Part shown: one piece after another, positions 1 to 12,199 of the stretch
Layout: every line of letters begins with the position of its first letter
Position numbering within the stretch: position 1 is the first letter of the stretch
Assembly: GCF_004010195.1 (NCBI RefSeq)
Contig: NC_057719.1
Location: forward strand, 1,832,139 to 1,864,497
DNA length: 32,359 nucleotides
Direction: 5' to 3'
Origin: Chiloscyllium plagiosum
Taxonomy: Eukaryota
Program-made: the position numbers and the translations under genes
The notes under the pieces: model-generated
The model's input: only the letters and a program-made list of their open reading frames with translations
Told to the model about the DNA's origin: nothing
The model's database searches: none

Positions 1-173
1 CGGACAGCTGGAACTGACAACCGGAAGCGGCAGAGACAAACCACTACAAATGCCAGAGGAAAGATCACAGAAGCGCTTCACAGGAGGCTCCCAAGCACTG
101 AGGATGTCACCTAGACAGGGGACAAAACGTCTGCAACACAAATTCCCAGCTCAGCGAACAGAACCACAACAAC
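1..173 (+). mobile_element. Penelope-like element terminal (pLTR) fragment, cut by the window edge
   Basis: Carries a minimal hammerhead motif (CTGAGGA...AAAACGTC), a hallmark of Penelope-like pLTRs; ends in an ACAACAAC tail. Confidence 0.6.
95..134 (+). ncRNA. Degenerate minimal type I hammerhead ribozyme (G12A)
   Basis: Stem I GCA/TGC; CTGAGGA at 98-104; stem II GTCACCT/AGGGGAC (one mismatch); AAAA at 124-127 in place of GAAA; CGTC cleavage context. Confidence 0.65.
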
Positions 174-299
174 TGAAGCTAGTATTGGTCAGTGTGCACA
201 GAAATGATGGATGAATGGGATTTAGTGAAAATTGGAATATGGCCAACAAAGTTTTCACGAAGTCTATCTGTAGTTGTTCTTTTTAGATGTTAGCTTGAC

Positions 300-515
300 A
301 TGGATATCTCCCTAAGCACATGTTCTAGACCAGTCTGTCCGTGATGCACTGCGTGAAGTGCCACCTTTTGAATGTTTAATTAAGGTGCTGTCTGCCTACT
401 CTGGGAGATATAATTGTTCTCACGACACGCAGTTTGAAGAATAACATGCATTTGCGCCAGTCCTCTGACCCACATTTCAACCAGAGCTAACAATAATGTA
501 TGTTCATTACATCAA
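300..515 (+). mobile_element. Highly decayed DeuSINE-like fragment
   Basis: Order of motifs (tgcactg..gtgccaccttt..tgtctgcc..tttgaagaa) resembles the Deu-domain consensus as recalled. Confidence 0.4.
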
Positions 516-769
516 AAATACTAACTAACATTGCCCAGGTACTTGAAGACACTTGTATCTGTGATACCTGCCTGACGTCCGGGCCCCTGTGATGAAACGG
601 TCTGAGCAACTTTTATGACCGTTGACTCAAAACGATGAAGAAAGGTAATGAACATATTTTCCTGTGTATGTGAGACTGTGCCTCCAGGATTTCCAATCGC
701 TTATTGGCTAAAGCCCTGACAACTTTTTGTTTCTAAACAAAACCTGACTGCCTGAACATTATGACAAAA

Positions 770-1200
770 CAATTACTGTACAGAAAGAGGCCATTCAACC
801 CACAAGACAGTGTTTATGCTTTTTATTTCTATACAGCATAGTCACTGGGTCTAACCCTCCTATTGAAATAATCAATATCCCTTATATTCCTTACATAGCA
901 CTTCCTGTGATATATCAATACCAAAAACACCTCAACTACTAGATATGGGAGTGAGTTGCACATTCTAACTGTTCTTTGGATAAAGATGTTTTTCTTGAGC
1001 ACTCTGTTGGTTTTATTTGTAAATATCTGATATTGATGTGCCCTAATTTTGATTCCATGCCAAAATTGGGACATCATCTCAAAATGCAAAGGTTTCCCTG
1101 ACTACACCCATCAAATTACAACACAGCCTTAAAGACCATTATCAGGCCACCTCTATTCTAGAGGAGAGACCCCAGTTTGTTCAGCCTTTCCTGTTGGGTA
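770..1200 (-). mobile_element. Old CR1 LINE 3' fragment
   Basis: Decayed CR1 3' motifs (gaggccattcaaccc; cccagtttgttcagcctttcc); minus-frame remnant KNIFIQRTVRMCNSLP resembles the ORF2 C-terminal FFTQRVV..WNSLP. Confidence 0.55.
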
Positions 1201-1369
1201 TGTTGAGTTTTTGTTTTCTCTCCTTCTAACCCTCTTCCGCCACTGTCTGCGCTTCTCCCTTCCCGCTCACAGCTAAAGCAGAGATCAACACAGTGGGTAT
1301 GAAAGGTTTTCTGATTATCGTGACAGGTTTCAGGAATTATTTATTCACAGTCTGTGGAACTTCTCCCAC

Positions 1370-2008
1370 TGTTGACATCCGTTTACGACAAACTGAACTG
1401 GACACCTCCCCCCCCCCCCCCCCCCCCCCAAAAGAAACATAGCGGCAACAAGAGCAGGTCAGACGCTAGGAATGATGCAGTGAATAACTCACCTGCTCAA
1501 AGCCTGTCCCACTATCTACAAGGCACATGTAAGGTGTGTGATGGAATATACTCCCCACTTGCCTGGATGGGGGCAGCTCCAACAACACTCAAGAAGCTGG
1601 ACACCACCCAGGACAAAGCAGCTGCTTGAATGGCAAAAAATCAACAAGCATCCATTCCCTCCACCACTAACAGTCAGTAGCAGCAGTGTGTACTACCTAC
1701 AAGATTCACTGCAGAAATTCACCAAAGATCCTTAGATAGTGTTTTCCAAGCTCACAATCACTTCCATCTAGAAGGACAAGAGCAGCAGATACATGGGAAC
1801 ACCACCCCTTGCAAGTTCCCCCTCCGCCAAGCCACTCACCATCCCGACTTGGAAATTTGTTCCTTCAGTGTCACTGCATCAAAATCCTGGAATTCCCTCC
1901 CTAAGGACATTGTGGGTCAACCCACAGCACGTGGACTGCAGCGGTTCAAGAAGGCAGCTCACTCCCACCTTCTCAAGGGGCAACTAGGGACGGGTAATAA
2001 ATGCTGGG
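1370..2008 (+). mobile_element. CR1-group (Zenon/L2-like) LINE, 3' end
   Basis: Frameshifted ORF2 C-terminus (YSPLAWMGAAPTTLKKLDTTQDKAA; SKSWNSLP..FKKAAHSHLLKG) and tail gggcaactagggacgggtaataaatgctgg; paralogous to 20479-22252 and 25340-26325. Confidence 0.8.
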
Positions 2009-2017
2009 GCCATTCAG

Positions 2018-2215
2018 TGACAAGGATGGCAGATTTCCTTCCCTGAATTGATGTTAGTGAACCAGATGGATCTTTGCAATTGCTACAGACTAGCTTTTAC
2101 TTCCAGATTTTGTCAAATTTACGTTTCACCGTCAAGCATAGTGAATTTGAAACCACATCCCCAAAGCATTCGTCTGGGTTACTAGTTCAATGACATTTCC
2201 ACTATGACACTGCCT
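2018..2215 (-). mobile_element. tRNA-derived SINE fragment (non-HE1 family)
   Basis: Minus strand begins aggcagtgtcatagtggaaatgtc (A-box-like) with a downstream ggtttcaaattc (B-box-like); a related piece lies at about 30840-30919. Confidence 0.55.
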
Positions 2216-4052
2216 TTCATCTGGTGAAGCTACCTACAGAACAACCCTGACAATATGAAGTCATTGTTTGCGAAGTTCTTGAAGGTGTGAAAGCTGCTCA
2301 ACCCAGGAGGGAATATTGTCTGGAGCTGTGCAACCTCAAGATTGGGTCATGTTTTAGCTTCGTTTACAACTGATCCTTGTGGATAAATAATTTCTGGATA
2401 GAGGGGAAATTATTGCAGAATATAGTGGATTTTTGTGTGCTGTGTGTGTGCGCACGCGCAGATCATCTGATGTTTCAGTATGATTAGCCACCAGTTCTGA
2501 GGATTATATTACATATAAAATATATTAAAAGTGCTGCAGAGGGAAAGCATTGACTTTGAAAAATGAAAGTCATAGAAGGACAGATTCCTATATTAGAACG
2601 AAGCAAAGATAAGGTTGCTTTGGTAAACTGTAAATATTTAATGAGATGCTTCAGTCCAATCAGAATTTTGAGTTTCTAGCTGCTTAGACACAGTTTACAA
2701 CCTCTGCACAATGAAGGGAACTCAAGTGGGACAGAACAGATTTAAAGGTACTTTGATTCAAATTCAAAGGCAACTCCGGTTACTCATCTCAGGTTAAGGG
2801 AAGTATTGACATAAAGGGCATAAAGTAAATTGAAGAACCTGAGATTCCAAATGACAGGATCATAATGTATTGGCTGTTTAAGGCAATGGAAAATAACTGC
2901 TGTAATCATTTCACAATTAACGTCTTCAGTGAAGTATGTTTCTAGTATTGCCATCATCAGGTTGAAAAGGGACTTATATAATAATGTGGAGGTATGATCA
3001 CAGCTGATGTTACTGCTGGAGGAGTCCAATCCCGGACTGAAGTTTGACTCACTAGATCACATTTTATTTTTGTTGGTTTTAAGGAGGTGGTCTTACTGAA
3101 ACATAAATATGCGATGATGCAGATTTGTTGCAGGGCTTAGCAATAAAACTGAACTTAATTACATGAAAATTGAAGATAAAATGGAATAAACCAAACTACT
3201 TATATTCAAAGATTTAGAAACAAATGGTAAGGCGTAATCTAATTAATCACAAAGGCACTCCTTTACAGATTCCAAAATACTCATTTTACAGTGCCCCAAA
3301 AGATTCCTTTACTGTAATCAAACCAGAGAATGTCTATCACCTCTGTAGGTTTCATTCAACAATAATCTCCAGTCTGTAGAATCTGATAGTCTTCATATAC
3401 CCGAGCATAAATTTTCTCAGCTTCAAATAATCCCTTCAGAGGTTTTACCTAAACATATCTGGCCTTGAACTATTGCTAAATACCTTATAGTAATGTAACC
3501 TATTTTAAAAAGTTTAAACTATCCTGTCTCTTTCTCATGAAGATGGAGAGTGAAGTCATTGAATCTAGAACTATGGTCCTGAGTCTAAATGAAAGTAATT
3601 ATAGGGCTCACATTGACAGAATGGATTGGGGATCCTTACTAAAGGCGTGGACAGTGTTATGTAAGGGCCCCATGTTTTAAAAAGAAGTGCCTGAATTACA
3701 ACAATTTTTTAATCCTCCCTAACACAAGAATAAAAGCCAATGATGGCTCACAAAAGAAATTAAGGATAGCATTAGATACAAAGAGCAGAGATATAAAGCC
3801 ACTCAAAATAGCAGTGATCTGAAGATTGGGAGCATTTTAGAATTCTGCAAAAGAGGACAAAGGTTTGATCAAGATGGGGGAATAGAGTGAGAAACTAACA
3901 TGGAAACTGTGTGTGAAAAGTGAAAAGATCAGTTAAAAACAAATACGGTCAGAAGCTGGGAAATTACAATGCAGAACAAAGAAATGGCAGAAGAATTGAA
4001 CATAAACTTTCATTCTTCCTTCACAAAAATAGGCACAACTAACAATAGTGAT

Positions 4053-4277
4053 TGTAATGAGATCAGCCAGGTGGACCTTGTAGAATGAGTCCCCTGATTG
4101 GGGCTGTTAATCTGGTCCAAACAGGAAGCCCTGGCTGACAGAAACAGAAGTGTCAGAGATTCTGTTCACTCTGAGAGCTGGCTCTGAGAGGTGGTGGCTG
4201 GATCAGTATCGAGGACTCTCCACATGTAAATAAAGGGGGATTTGGTGATGGGGTACTGGCCTCTGTGGAGTTAAACG
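4053..4277 (+). mobile_element. Putative solo LTR (about 225 bp)
   Basis: Starts TGTAATG, contains ctgattgg (CCAAT on minus strand) and AATAAA near the 3' end, interrupts the CR1 ORF2; imperfect flanking repeat GTGAT/GTGAG; the CA terminus is not intact. Confidence 0.55.
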
Positions 4278-4517
4278 TGAGGGAACCAAGTGAGAATGGA
4301 ATGGAAGAAAATCAGTATCAGTAAGAAAATCCCCAGAGCCTGAGAATCTATATCCGAGAGTACGGTGGTAGTTTCAATGGAAATATGGATACATTGGTCA
4401 AGATTCTATAAACTCAGAAGCAGGTCCAATAGATTACAATGAGGGCGATGTTAGCAGTGGGGAAATGCTAGAGTCTGTTAGAAAAGATGTGTGAACAGAA
4501 CACTTGGAAAGTATTAG

Positions 4518-4824
4518 TAGATTAGATTAGATTAGATTACTTACAGTGTGGAAACAGGCCCTTCGGCCCAACAAGTCCACACCGACCCGCCGAAGCGTAA
4601 CCCACCCATACCCCTACATTTACCCCTTTACCTAACACTACGGGCAATTTAGCATGGCCAATTCACCTGACCTGCACATCTTTGGACTGTGGGAGGAAAC
4701 CGGAGCCCCCGGAGGAAACCCACGCAGACACGGGGAGAACGTGCAAACTCCACACAGTCAGTCGCCTGAGTCGGGAATTGAACCCGGGTCTCCGGCGCTG
4801 CGAGGCAGCAGTGCTAACCACTGC
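4518..4824 (-). mobile_element. HE1-type V-SINE
   Basis: tRNA-like head with B box GGTTCAATTCC on minus strand, V-domain, CR1-like tail and (TAGAT)n. Confidence 0.9.
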
Positions 4825-4852
4825 TATAACTGGACAAAAAAAATGAAAGAAC

Positions 4853-4945
4853 AGTGAAGGGTCACCAGACCCGAAATGTTAGCTCTGATTTCTCCCCAGA
4901 GGTGCTGCCAGACCTGCTGAGCTTTTCCAGGAACTTCTGTTTTTA
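4853..4945 (+). mobile_element. Penelope-like short fragment with decayed hammerhead
   Basis: tgaa-GGGTC-acca-GACCC-GAAAtgtt followed by tgctgccagacctgctgagcttttccag, shared with the copies at 6340, 22959 and 30439. Confidence 0.7.
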
Positions 4946-5139
4946 TTAAACAGTCAGCATGGGCTTGTGAATGGCAGTTGGTGCTGAAAATCTACTGGAG
5001 TTACTTTAATGATGTAACTTGTAGAGTAGACAAGGGAAAGCCACTAAATGTGGTGTATATGGATTGATGGTTTATGTTGGCAGCCACACCTGTGCTCATT
5101 CAGGAACATGCACGCTGACCATTCCCAACTCAATGTACC

Positions 5140-5572
5140 ACCAGGACGCTGCCTGGACAGGAGGGCATGTCTTATGAAGAAAGGTTGAGGGAGCTTGGGC
5201 TTTACTCTTTGGAATGAAGAAGGATGAGAGGTGACTTGTTAGGGATGTACAAGATGTTGAGAGGCATAGATAGAATGGATAGCTGGAGACTTTTTCCACT
5301 AGAAATGTCTGTCACGAGGGGGCATAATTTTAAGGTGTTTGGAGGAAGGTGTCAGAGGTAGGTTCTTTACACAGAATGGTGGGTGTGTGGAAAGCACTGC
5401 CAGCGGTGGTAGTGGAGTCAGAGACATTAGGGACATTTAAACAATTCTTGGATAGGCACATGGAAGTTAGTACAATGAAGGGAATGTAGGTTAGTCTGAT
5501 TTTAGAGTAGGATAAAACATTGGCAGAACATTGAGGGCTGAAGGGCCTGTACTATGCTGTACTGTTCTGTGT
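5140..5572 (+). mobile_element. CR1 LINE 3' fragment
   Basis: Encodes RTLPGQEGMSYEERLRELGL; ends gggctgaagggcctgtactatgctgtactgttct, a typical CR1 terminal region. Confidence 0.85.
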
Positions 5573-6339
5573 GGAATGTATCTCTCACATCACACACCAA
5601 TGCAGTATTTACATACACAGGGAAGCATGCGACATTTTGAATTAGGCTTCAGTGTTGGAGTGAGGGGAGGTGGGACAGAGGTGAATCCCCCAAAGAGAGG
5701 AGGGAACAGGATCCAGAAGCCAAGGGTTTGGGGGGATGACAGAGACCCCAGGAGCTGGATGACCCTTTTCCCCTCTCTGCCACCCTGCTCTCCCGATCCC
5801 TGCTCTCCTCCTTTCAGCCCTTCCTCTGGCTCTCTTTCGCATCCTGAGCCAATCGCACTGAATCCCTGCACCCCTTTCTCAGGTCCAGGCTGGGAACCCC
5901 CAACCCTGTCTGCACTCACACATGTAAAATAAAATCACACACATGAGCTGGTGTCAGCAATTGGAGCCTTCGGAAGGGTTTTTGAAGAGGTCCCCTATAA
6001 GAGGTTAGTGGACCAAGCTAATGCACACGGGATGGGGGAGGGAATGGGATCAGGGGTGATATTTTATCATGGATGGAGGATTGGTTCTCAGACAGAAACA
6101 GACAGTGGGTGTAAATGGGTCTTTTTCTGGTTGGACAGGCAGTGATGAATGGGGTTCCACAGGGATCAGTACTTGGGCCCCAGCTCCTCATGGTTTATAT
6201 CAATGACCTGGATGAGGGAACTGAATACAACATTCCAAATTTGCCAACGACACAAGTTTGGTGGGTGGGATTGTGAGGAGAGTGCAAGGAGGCTTCAGGT
6301 GATTTAGACAAGTGAGTGGATAAACATGTGACAGATACA

Positions 6340-6482
6340 GAGGCCTGACAGCCATTCCTGAATAAGAGGTTTTGCCTGAAACGTTGATTCTCCTGCTCCT
6401 CAGATGCTGCCTGACCTGCTGTGCTTTTCCAGCACCACACTCTTTACTCTAATCTCCAGCATCTGCAGTCCTCACTTTCGCC
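6340..6482 (+). mobile_element. Penelope-like short fragment with decayed hammerhead
   Basis: cattc-CTGAATA-agaggttttgcct-GAAA-cgtt, then the same downstream sequence as 22959-23120; inserted in the CR1 RT region. Confidence 0.75.
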
Positions 6483-7249
6483 TGTTTGGCAGATACAACA
6501 CAATGTGATTAAACGTGATGTTACACACTTCAGTGTGAAACACAGCAAAAGCAGAGTTATTATTAAATAGTGATCTATTGGAAAGTGTGAATCTACAAAG
6601 AGATCTGAATGTGTTACACCAGCCAATGAAAGTAGACACGCTGGAGCAGCAAACAAACAAGAGGAGAAATGGCACACTGACTTTCATTGCAAGAGGATTT
6701 TGAGTTCAGGAGCAGGGCTATCTTACTGTATTTAGAGAGGGCCTTGGTGAGACCACACCTGGAGTATTGTGTGCAGTTTTGGTCTTCCTAGCATAGAGTG
6801 GGTGCAACAGATCTTCACTAGTTTGATAGCAGAGTGTTGTGGACTAGTCCAGACCCCCTCAGTGTATTTTAAGAATGTAGCCTGGACCTTAACTTTTTCT
6901 TATTTTAAAAGTGCCATGTTCCAAATGTGATGCAACTGATCAAACTCCTCGACCTTACGTAAAACACAATTTATTTAAACACTGTAGTTAAAGTACAAAT
7001 AAAAGAAAGAGGAATTTATAATATAGAACAATACAGCGCAGAACTGGCCCTTCAGCCCTCGATATTGCGCCGACCTGAGAACTCACAGCTGGTCCCCCTG
7101 CACTATCCCAAAATCATCCATGTGCTTATCTAAGGATTGTTTAAATCTCCCTAATGTGGCTGAGTAAACTACATTAGCAGGTAGGGCATTTCACACCCTT
7201 ACCACTCTCTGAGTAAAGAATCTGCCTCTGACATCTGTCTTAAATCTAT

Positions 7250-10062
7250 CACCCCTCAATTTGTAGTTATCCCCTCTTGTACAAGCTAACATGATCATCC
7301 TAGGAAAAAATCTTTCACTGTCTACCCTATCTAATCCTCTGATCATCTTGTATGTCTGTATCAAATCCCCCCTTAGCCTTCTTTACTCCAATGAGAACAG
7401 ACCCAAGTCTCTCAGCCTTTCCTCATAAGACCTTCCCTCCAGACCAGGCAACATCCTGGTAAATGTCCTCTGCACCTTTTCCAATGCTTCCACATCCTTC
7501 CTGTAATGGGGGCGACCAGAACTGTACACAATATTCCAAGTGTGACCGTACCAGCGTTTTGTATAGTTACAGCATGATATTGCAGCTCCAGGACTCAATC
7601 CCTCTACCAATGTAACCTAACACACCATATGCCTTCTTAACAGCACTATCCACCTGGGTGGCAACTTTCAGGGATCTATGCACAGGGACTCCAAGATCCC
7701 TCTGCACATCCACACTACCAAGAATCTTTCCATTGACCCAGTATTCTGCCTTCCTGTTATTCTTTCCAAAGTGCATCACCTCACATTTAGCTGCATTGAA
7801 CTCCATTTGCCACCTCTGCCCAATTCTGTAGTTTATCCAAATCTCCTGCAACCTGTGACATACTTCCAAACTTGTCCACTATCCACCGACTTTAGTGTCG
7901 TCTGCAAATTTACTAATCCATCCACCTATGCCTACGTCTAAGTCATTTATAAAAATGACAAACAGCAGTGGTCCCAAAACAGATCCTTGTGGCACACCAC
8001 TAGTAACCAGACTCCAGGCTCAATATTTTCCATCACCACCACTCGCTGCCTTCTTTCAGAACGCCAGTTTCTAATCCAAATTGCTAAATCACCCTCAATC
8101 CCATGCTTCTGCATTTTCTCCAACAGCCTACCACGTGGAACTCTATCAAAGGCTTTACTGAAGTCCATGTACACTATGTCAACTGCCTTACCCTCATCCA
8201 CATGCTTGGTCACCTTCTCAAAAACCTCAATGAGGTTTGTGAGACAGGACCTGCCCTTGACGAAACCATGTTGACGATCTGAAATCAAATTGTTGCTTAC
8301 TAGATGATTATAAATCTTATCTCTTATAATCCTTTCCAAAACCTTTCCTACAACAGTAGTAAGACTCACTGGTCTATAATTACCTGGGTCATCTCTACTG
8401 CCCTTCTTGAACAAGGGCACAACATTTGCAATCCTCCAGTCCTCAGGTACTAAACCTGTCGACAATGACGACTCAAATANNNNNNNNNNNNNNNNNNNNN
8501 NNNNNNNNNNNNNNNNNNNNNNNNNNNNNNNNNNNNNNNNNNNNNNNNNNNNNNNNNNNNNNNNNNNNNNNNNNNNNNNNNNNNNNNNNNNNNNNNNNNN
8601 NNNNNNNNNNNNNNNNNNNNNNNNNNNNNNNNNNNNNNNNNNNNNNNNNNNNNNNNNNNNNNNNNNNNNNNNNNNNNNNNNNNNNNNNNNNNNNNNNNNN
8701 NNNNNNNNNNNNNNNNNNNNNNNNNNNNNNNNNNNNNNNNNNNNNNNNNNNNNNNNNNNNNNNNNNNNNNNNNNNNNNNNNNNNNNNNNNNNNNNNNNNN
8801 NNNNNNNNNNNNNNNNNNNNNNNNNNNNNNNNNNNNNNNNNNNNNNNNNNNNNNNNNNNNNNNNNNNNNNNNNNNNNNNNNNNNNNNNNNNNNNNNNNNN
8901 NNNNNNNNNNNNNNNNNNNNNNNNNNNNNNNNNNNNNNNNNNNNNNNNNNNNNNNNNNNNNNNNNNNNNNNNNNNNNNNNNNNNNNNNNNNNNNNNNNNN
9001 NNNNNNNNNNNNNNNNNNNNNNNNNNNNNNNNNNNNNNNNNNNNNNNNNNNNNNNNNNNNNNNNNNNNNNNNNNNNNNNNNNNNNNNNNNNNNNNNNNNN
9101 NNNNNNNNNNNNNNNNNNNNNNNNNNNNNNNNNNNNNNNNNNNNNNNNNNNNNNNNNNNNNNNNNTTAACAAGAGATGCAATTTCTGTAGTAAACCACGG
9201 TTCCCTTACCTTATCGCTTCCTCCCTGCCTGACAGGGACATACCTATCAAGGACACGCAATATCTGTTCCTTAAACCAGCTCCACATTTCCATTGTCCCC
9301 ATCCCCTGCATTTTGCTACCCCATTCTATGCATCCTAATTCTTGCCTAATCACATTATAATTGCCCTTGCCCCATCGATAACTCTTGACCTTTGGCATGT
9401 ACCGATCCCTTCCCATCGCTAAACTAAACCTAACTGAATTATGGTCATTCTCTCCAAAGTATTACCTACCACTAAATCAAACACCTGGCCTGGTTCATTA
9501 CCAAGCACCAGACCCAGTGTGGCCTCCCCCTTGTCGGCTCTTCGACATACTGTGTCAGGAAACCCTCCTGTACACATTGAACAAAAACTGATTCACCTGA
9601 CATACGAGAGTCATAGCATTTCCAGTCAATGTTGGGAAGTTAAAGTCCCCCTTAATGACCACCCTGTTCCTTTCACTCCTATCCAGAATAATTTTATTAA
9701 TCCTCTCTTCCACCTCCCTGGAACTCTGTGGAGGACTATAAAAAAACTCAGAGCAGTGTGACCGCTCCTCTCCTGTTTCTAACTTCAGCCCACATTACCT
9801 CAGTAGACAAGTCCTCGTCAAAACTTCTCTCAGCCACCGTTATACTATCTTTGACTAACAAGGCCGCATCTCCCCCTCTTTTACCACCTTGCCTGTTCTT
9901 AATGAAAGATGTAAACCCTGGAACATGGAACATCCATTCCTCACCCTGCTCTATCCATGTCTCCGAAATGGCCACAACATCAAGGTCCCAGGTACCTATC
10001 CATGCTGCAAGCTCACCTACCTTATTCCAAATACTTCTGGCATTGAAGAAGACACACTTCAA
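7250..10062 (-). pseudogene. CR1 ORF2 (APE endonuclease-reverse transcriptase), frameshifted and gapped
   Basis: FFNARSIWNK, AISETW, NYRPVSLT, QHGFVKGRSCLTNL, YMDFSKAFD, split over several frames. Confidence 0.92.
8480..9165. other. Assembly gap (others: 13542-14023, 17142-17449, 19607-20478, 29550-30049)
   Basis: Runs of N. Confidence 1.
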
Positions 10063-10172
10063 ACCAGTTTGCTGTCTGCCAGCACGTTCCTGTGACCCTG
10101 AAATCCTGTCCCTGTCCTCCCTACTCTCATCCTCACTGCAACTACACCTCAGGTTCCCATCCCCCTGCTGAG

Positions 10173-10880
10173 CTAGTTTAAACCCACCTGAATAGCACTA
10201 GCAAATTTCCCACCCAGGATATTAGTACCCCTCTGGTTCAAGTGAAGACCGTCCTGTTTGTACAGGTCCCACCTTCCCCAGAATGAGCCCCAATTATCCA
10301 AAAAAATTGAAACCCTCCCTCCTGCACCATCCTTGCAGCCACATGTTTGGCTGATACCTCCCCCTAATCCTTGCCTCACTATCACGTGGCACGGGTAACA
10401 ATCCAGAGATAACAACTCTGTTTGTTCTAGCTCTCAGTTTCCACCCTAGCTCCCTGAAACCCTGCCTTACATCCCTGTCCCTCTTTCTACCTATGTCGTT
10501 GGTACCTACATGGACAATGACTTGAGGCTGGTCACCCTCTCCCTTCAGGACCCCAAAGATACGATCCGAGACATCGTGGACCCTGGCACCTGGGAGGCAA
10601 CACACCAACCGCGAGTCTCATTCGTTCCCAACAAACCTTCTATCTGACCCTCTAACTATTGAGTCCCCAATGGCTAATACTCTCCTCCTTTCCCTCCTTC
10701 CCTTCTGTGCAACAGGGACAGGCTCTGTGCCAGAGACCTGGGCCCCACTGCTTACCCCTGGTAAGTCATCCCCTCAACAGTATCCAAAATGGTATACATG
10801 TTTTTCAGGGGAATGGCCACAGGGGATCCCTCCACTGACTGTTTTTTCACTTTTCGAACAGTCACCCAGCTTTCTTCTTG
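10173..10880 (-). pseudogene. CR1 ORF1 SGNH esterase-like domain, disrupted
   Basis: Motifs IGDSIVR, HVGTNDIG and DGLHLN, with an internal stop and frameshifts. Confidence 0.88.
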
Positions 10881-11383
10881 CTTAGGAATTCTTGCCTAGA
10901 AATTCTAACTGTTGGAATTCTTAATAGGTGCAGTAACTATTAACTAATTAAGTGTTCCAATATAGTAGCATCCCATAAACACACCCCTTAGCAAAAAGGC
11001 AAATTCAGACACTGATTCTCACATGCAGTTCTCCAATCCAGGAGGAAGCAACATCTCGAGAACATCTAGTGACTGAGGCAGCTACGGGACAGTCACTGAA
11101 GCTTCTGACTTTTTTGAGACCCCAAAGGCTTCTGCCTGAAGCTAAACTAAAAATGTTTTTTGAAAAATGAGAAAGCCTGGTCTGTGGGAGCTGGCCACAC
11201 ACAGGCTGCTTCTATTGTTTACTTTCAGAGAGACCATTCAGAACCTCCACTTTACAACTCTTTTCAAAATAAAAACCCAGGACAAAATAATCTCTTAAAG
11301 CATTGTCACAAGAGATGGTAGGACATTCCTATGAAATTGGTTCAATTGTAGACTCCCAACCGGGAGTTATAGTGTCAAGATAT

Positions 11384-11663
11384 GATTAGATTCCCTGCAG
11401 TATGGAAACAGGCCCTTTGGCTTAACAAGTCCAAACCCACCCTCTGAAGAGTAACCCGTCCAGACCCATTCCCCTACCCTATATTTGCCCCTGATTAATG
11501 CACCTAATGCTATGGGCAATTTAGCTTGGCCAATCTACCTGACCTGCACACCTTTGGATTGTGGGAGAAAACCAGAGCACCCAGAGGAAACCCACACAGA
11601 CAAGGGGAATCGAACCTGTGTCCCTGGTGCTGTAAGGCTAACCACTATGCCACTGTGCCATCC
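11384..11663 (-). mobile_element. HE1-type V-SINE, decayed with internal deletion
   Basis: gattagatt tail, ggaaacaggccc, cctgacctgcaca, ggaaacccacacagaca, tRNA-like head remnant. Confidence 0.85.
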
Positions 11664-12061
11664 ATGTGGGGTTAGCCATTAAGGACTGAGATGTAGTATC
11701 GTTTCTTCATTCAGTGGGGTGAACCTGTGGAATTCTCTGCCACGGAGGACTGTGGCACGGAGGACTGGGTCACTGATAAATATTTAAGAAAGAACTTCAA
11801 CACATCCAGCGCAATGGGGAGAAAGCAGGGGGGTGGCATTGAGATCATGAATCAGCCATGACCACACTGAACGGTGGAGGAGCTCAAAGGGCCCACCCCT
11901 GCTCCTGCTCACTCTTTTTTTCCATCTTTCTGTGTGAAGCAATGGTCTGAAGGTAGTTCCTGGCCGTGAACTTGATTCCAGAAGCTGATTCACATTTGAC
12001 ACAGGGATGTTGCGTCAGAGGTCGTGTGGGTGATAATTTGAGACATACTCCCCTTGTCTAG

Positions 12062-12102
12062 CTACAACGTGATTGAGAAACATATGATCGTGACAAAGCC
12101 AG
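12062..12102 (+). CDS. Candidate 41-nt internal coding exon (YNVIEKHMIVTKP) of an unidentified host gene
   Basis: Acceptor ctccccttgtctag, strong donor CAG|GTAAGC, open frame in non-repeat sequence; end phase matches 23263-23420. Confidence 0.5.
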
Positions 12103-12199
12103 GTAAGCTCTGCCTCTCAAAAGATGGCAATCTTACGCAGTTCGAGATTGCGCTGATGAGTCAATGACTCAATGAGGCTGAGAGACCCTCAAAGTAATG

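Larger units (their letters stand above)
7017..10883 (-). mobile_element. CR1 LINE, 5'-truncated inside ORF1
   Basis: ORF1 esterase, APE endonuclease, RT and 3'UTR in order; candidate TSD AGGAATT at 7010-7016 and 10884-10890. Confidence 0.95.
6835..11310. mobile_element. Solo LTR (about 0.6 kb, Gypsy-like) split by a CR1 insertion
   Basis: TGT...ACA termini; 4-bp TSD AGAG at 6831-6834 and 11311-11314; the host CR1 resumes after it. LTR halves are 6835-7016 and 10884-11310. Confidence 0.75.
3560..11915 (+). mobile_element. Old CR1 LINE ORF2 plus 3'UTR, fragmented by later insertions
   Basis: Colinear pieces at about 3560-4045, 4280-4512, 4948-5066, 5968-6340, 6483-6834, 11311-11335 and 11665-11915; remnants include [45 protein letters not shown] and a CR1 3'UTR. 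Confidence 0.7.

Noticed and set aside
539..644. Possible exon (cccag acceptor, AAG|GTAATG donor)
   Set aside because: Stops in all three frames; no support as a coding exon.
1404..1429. Poly-C run encoding polyproline
   Set aside because: Homopolymer expansion within a dead LINE.
5531..5932. 133-aa proline-rich ORF and overlapping antisense ORFs
   Set aside because: Low-complexity composition, TTG start, begins inside a CR1 tail; no recognisable domain.
12153..12172. CTGATGAGTC-aat-GAC as a hammerhead core
   Set aside because: Followed by TCAA rather than GAAA, with no stem III or cleavage site.
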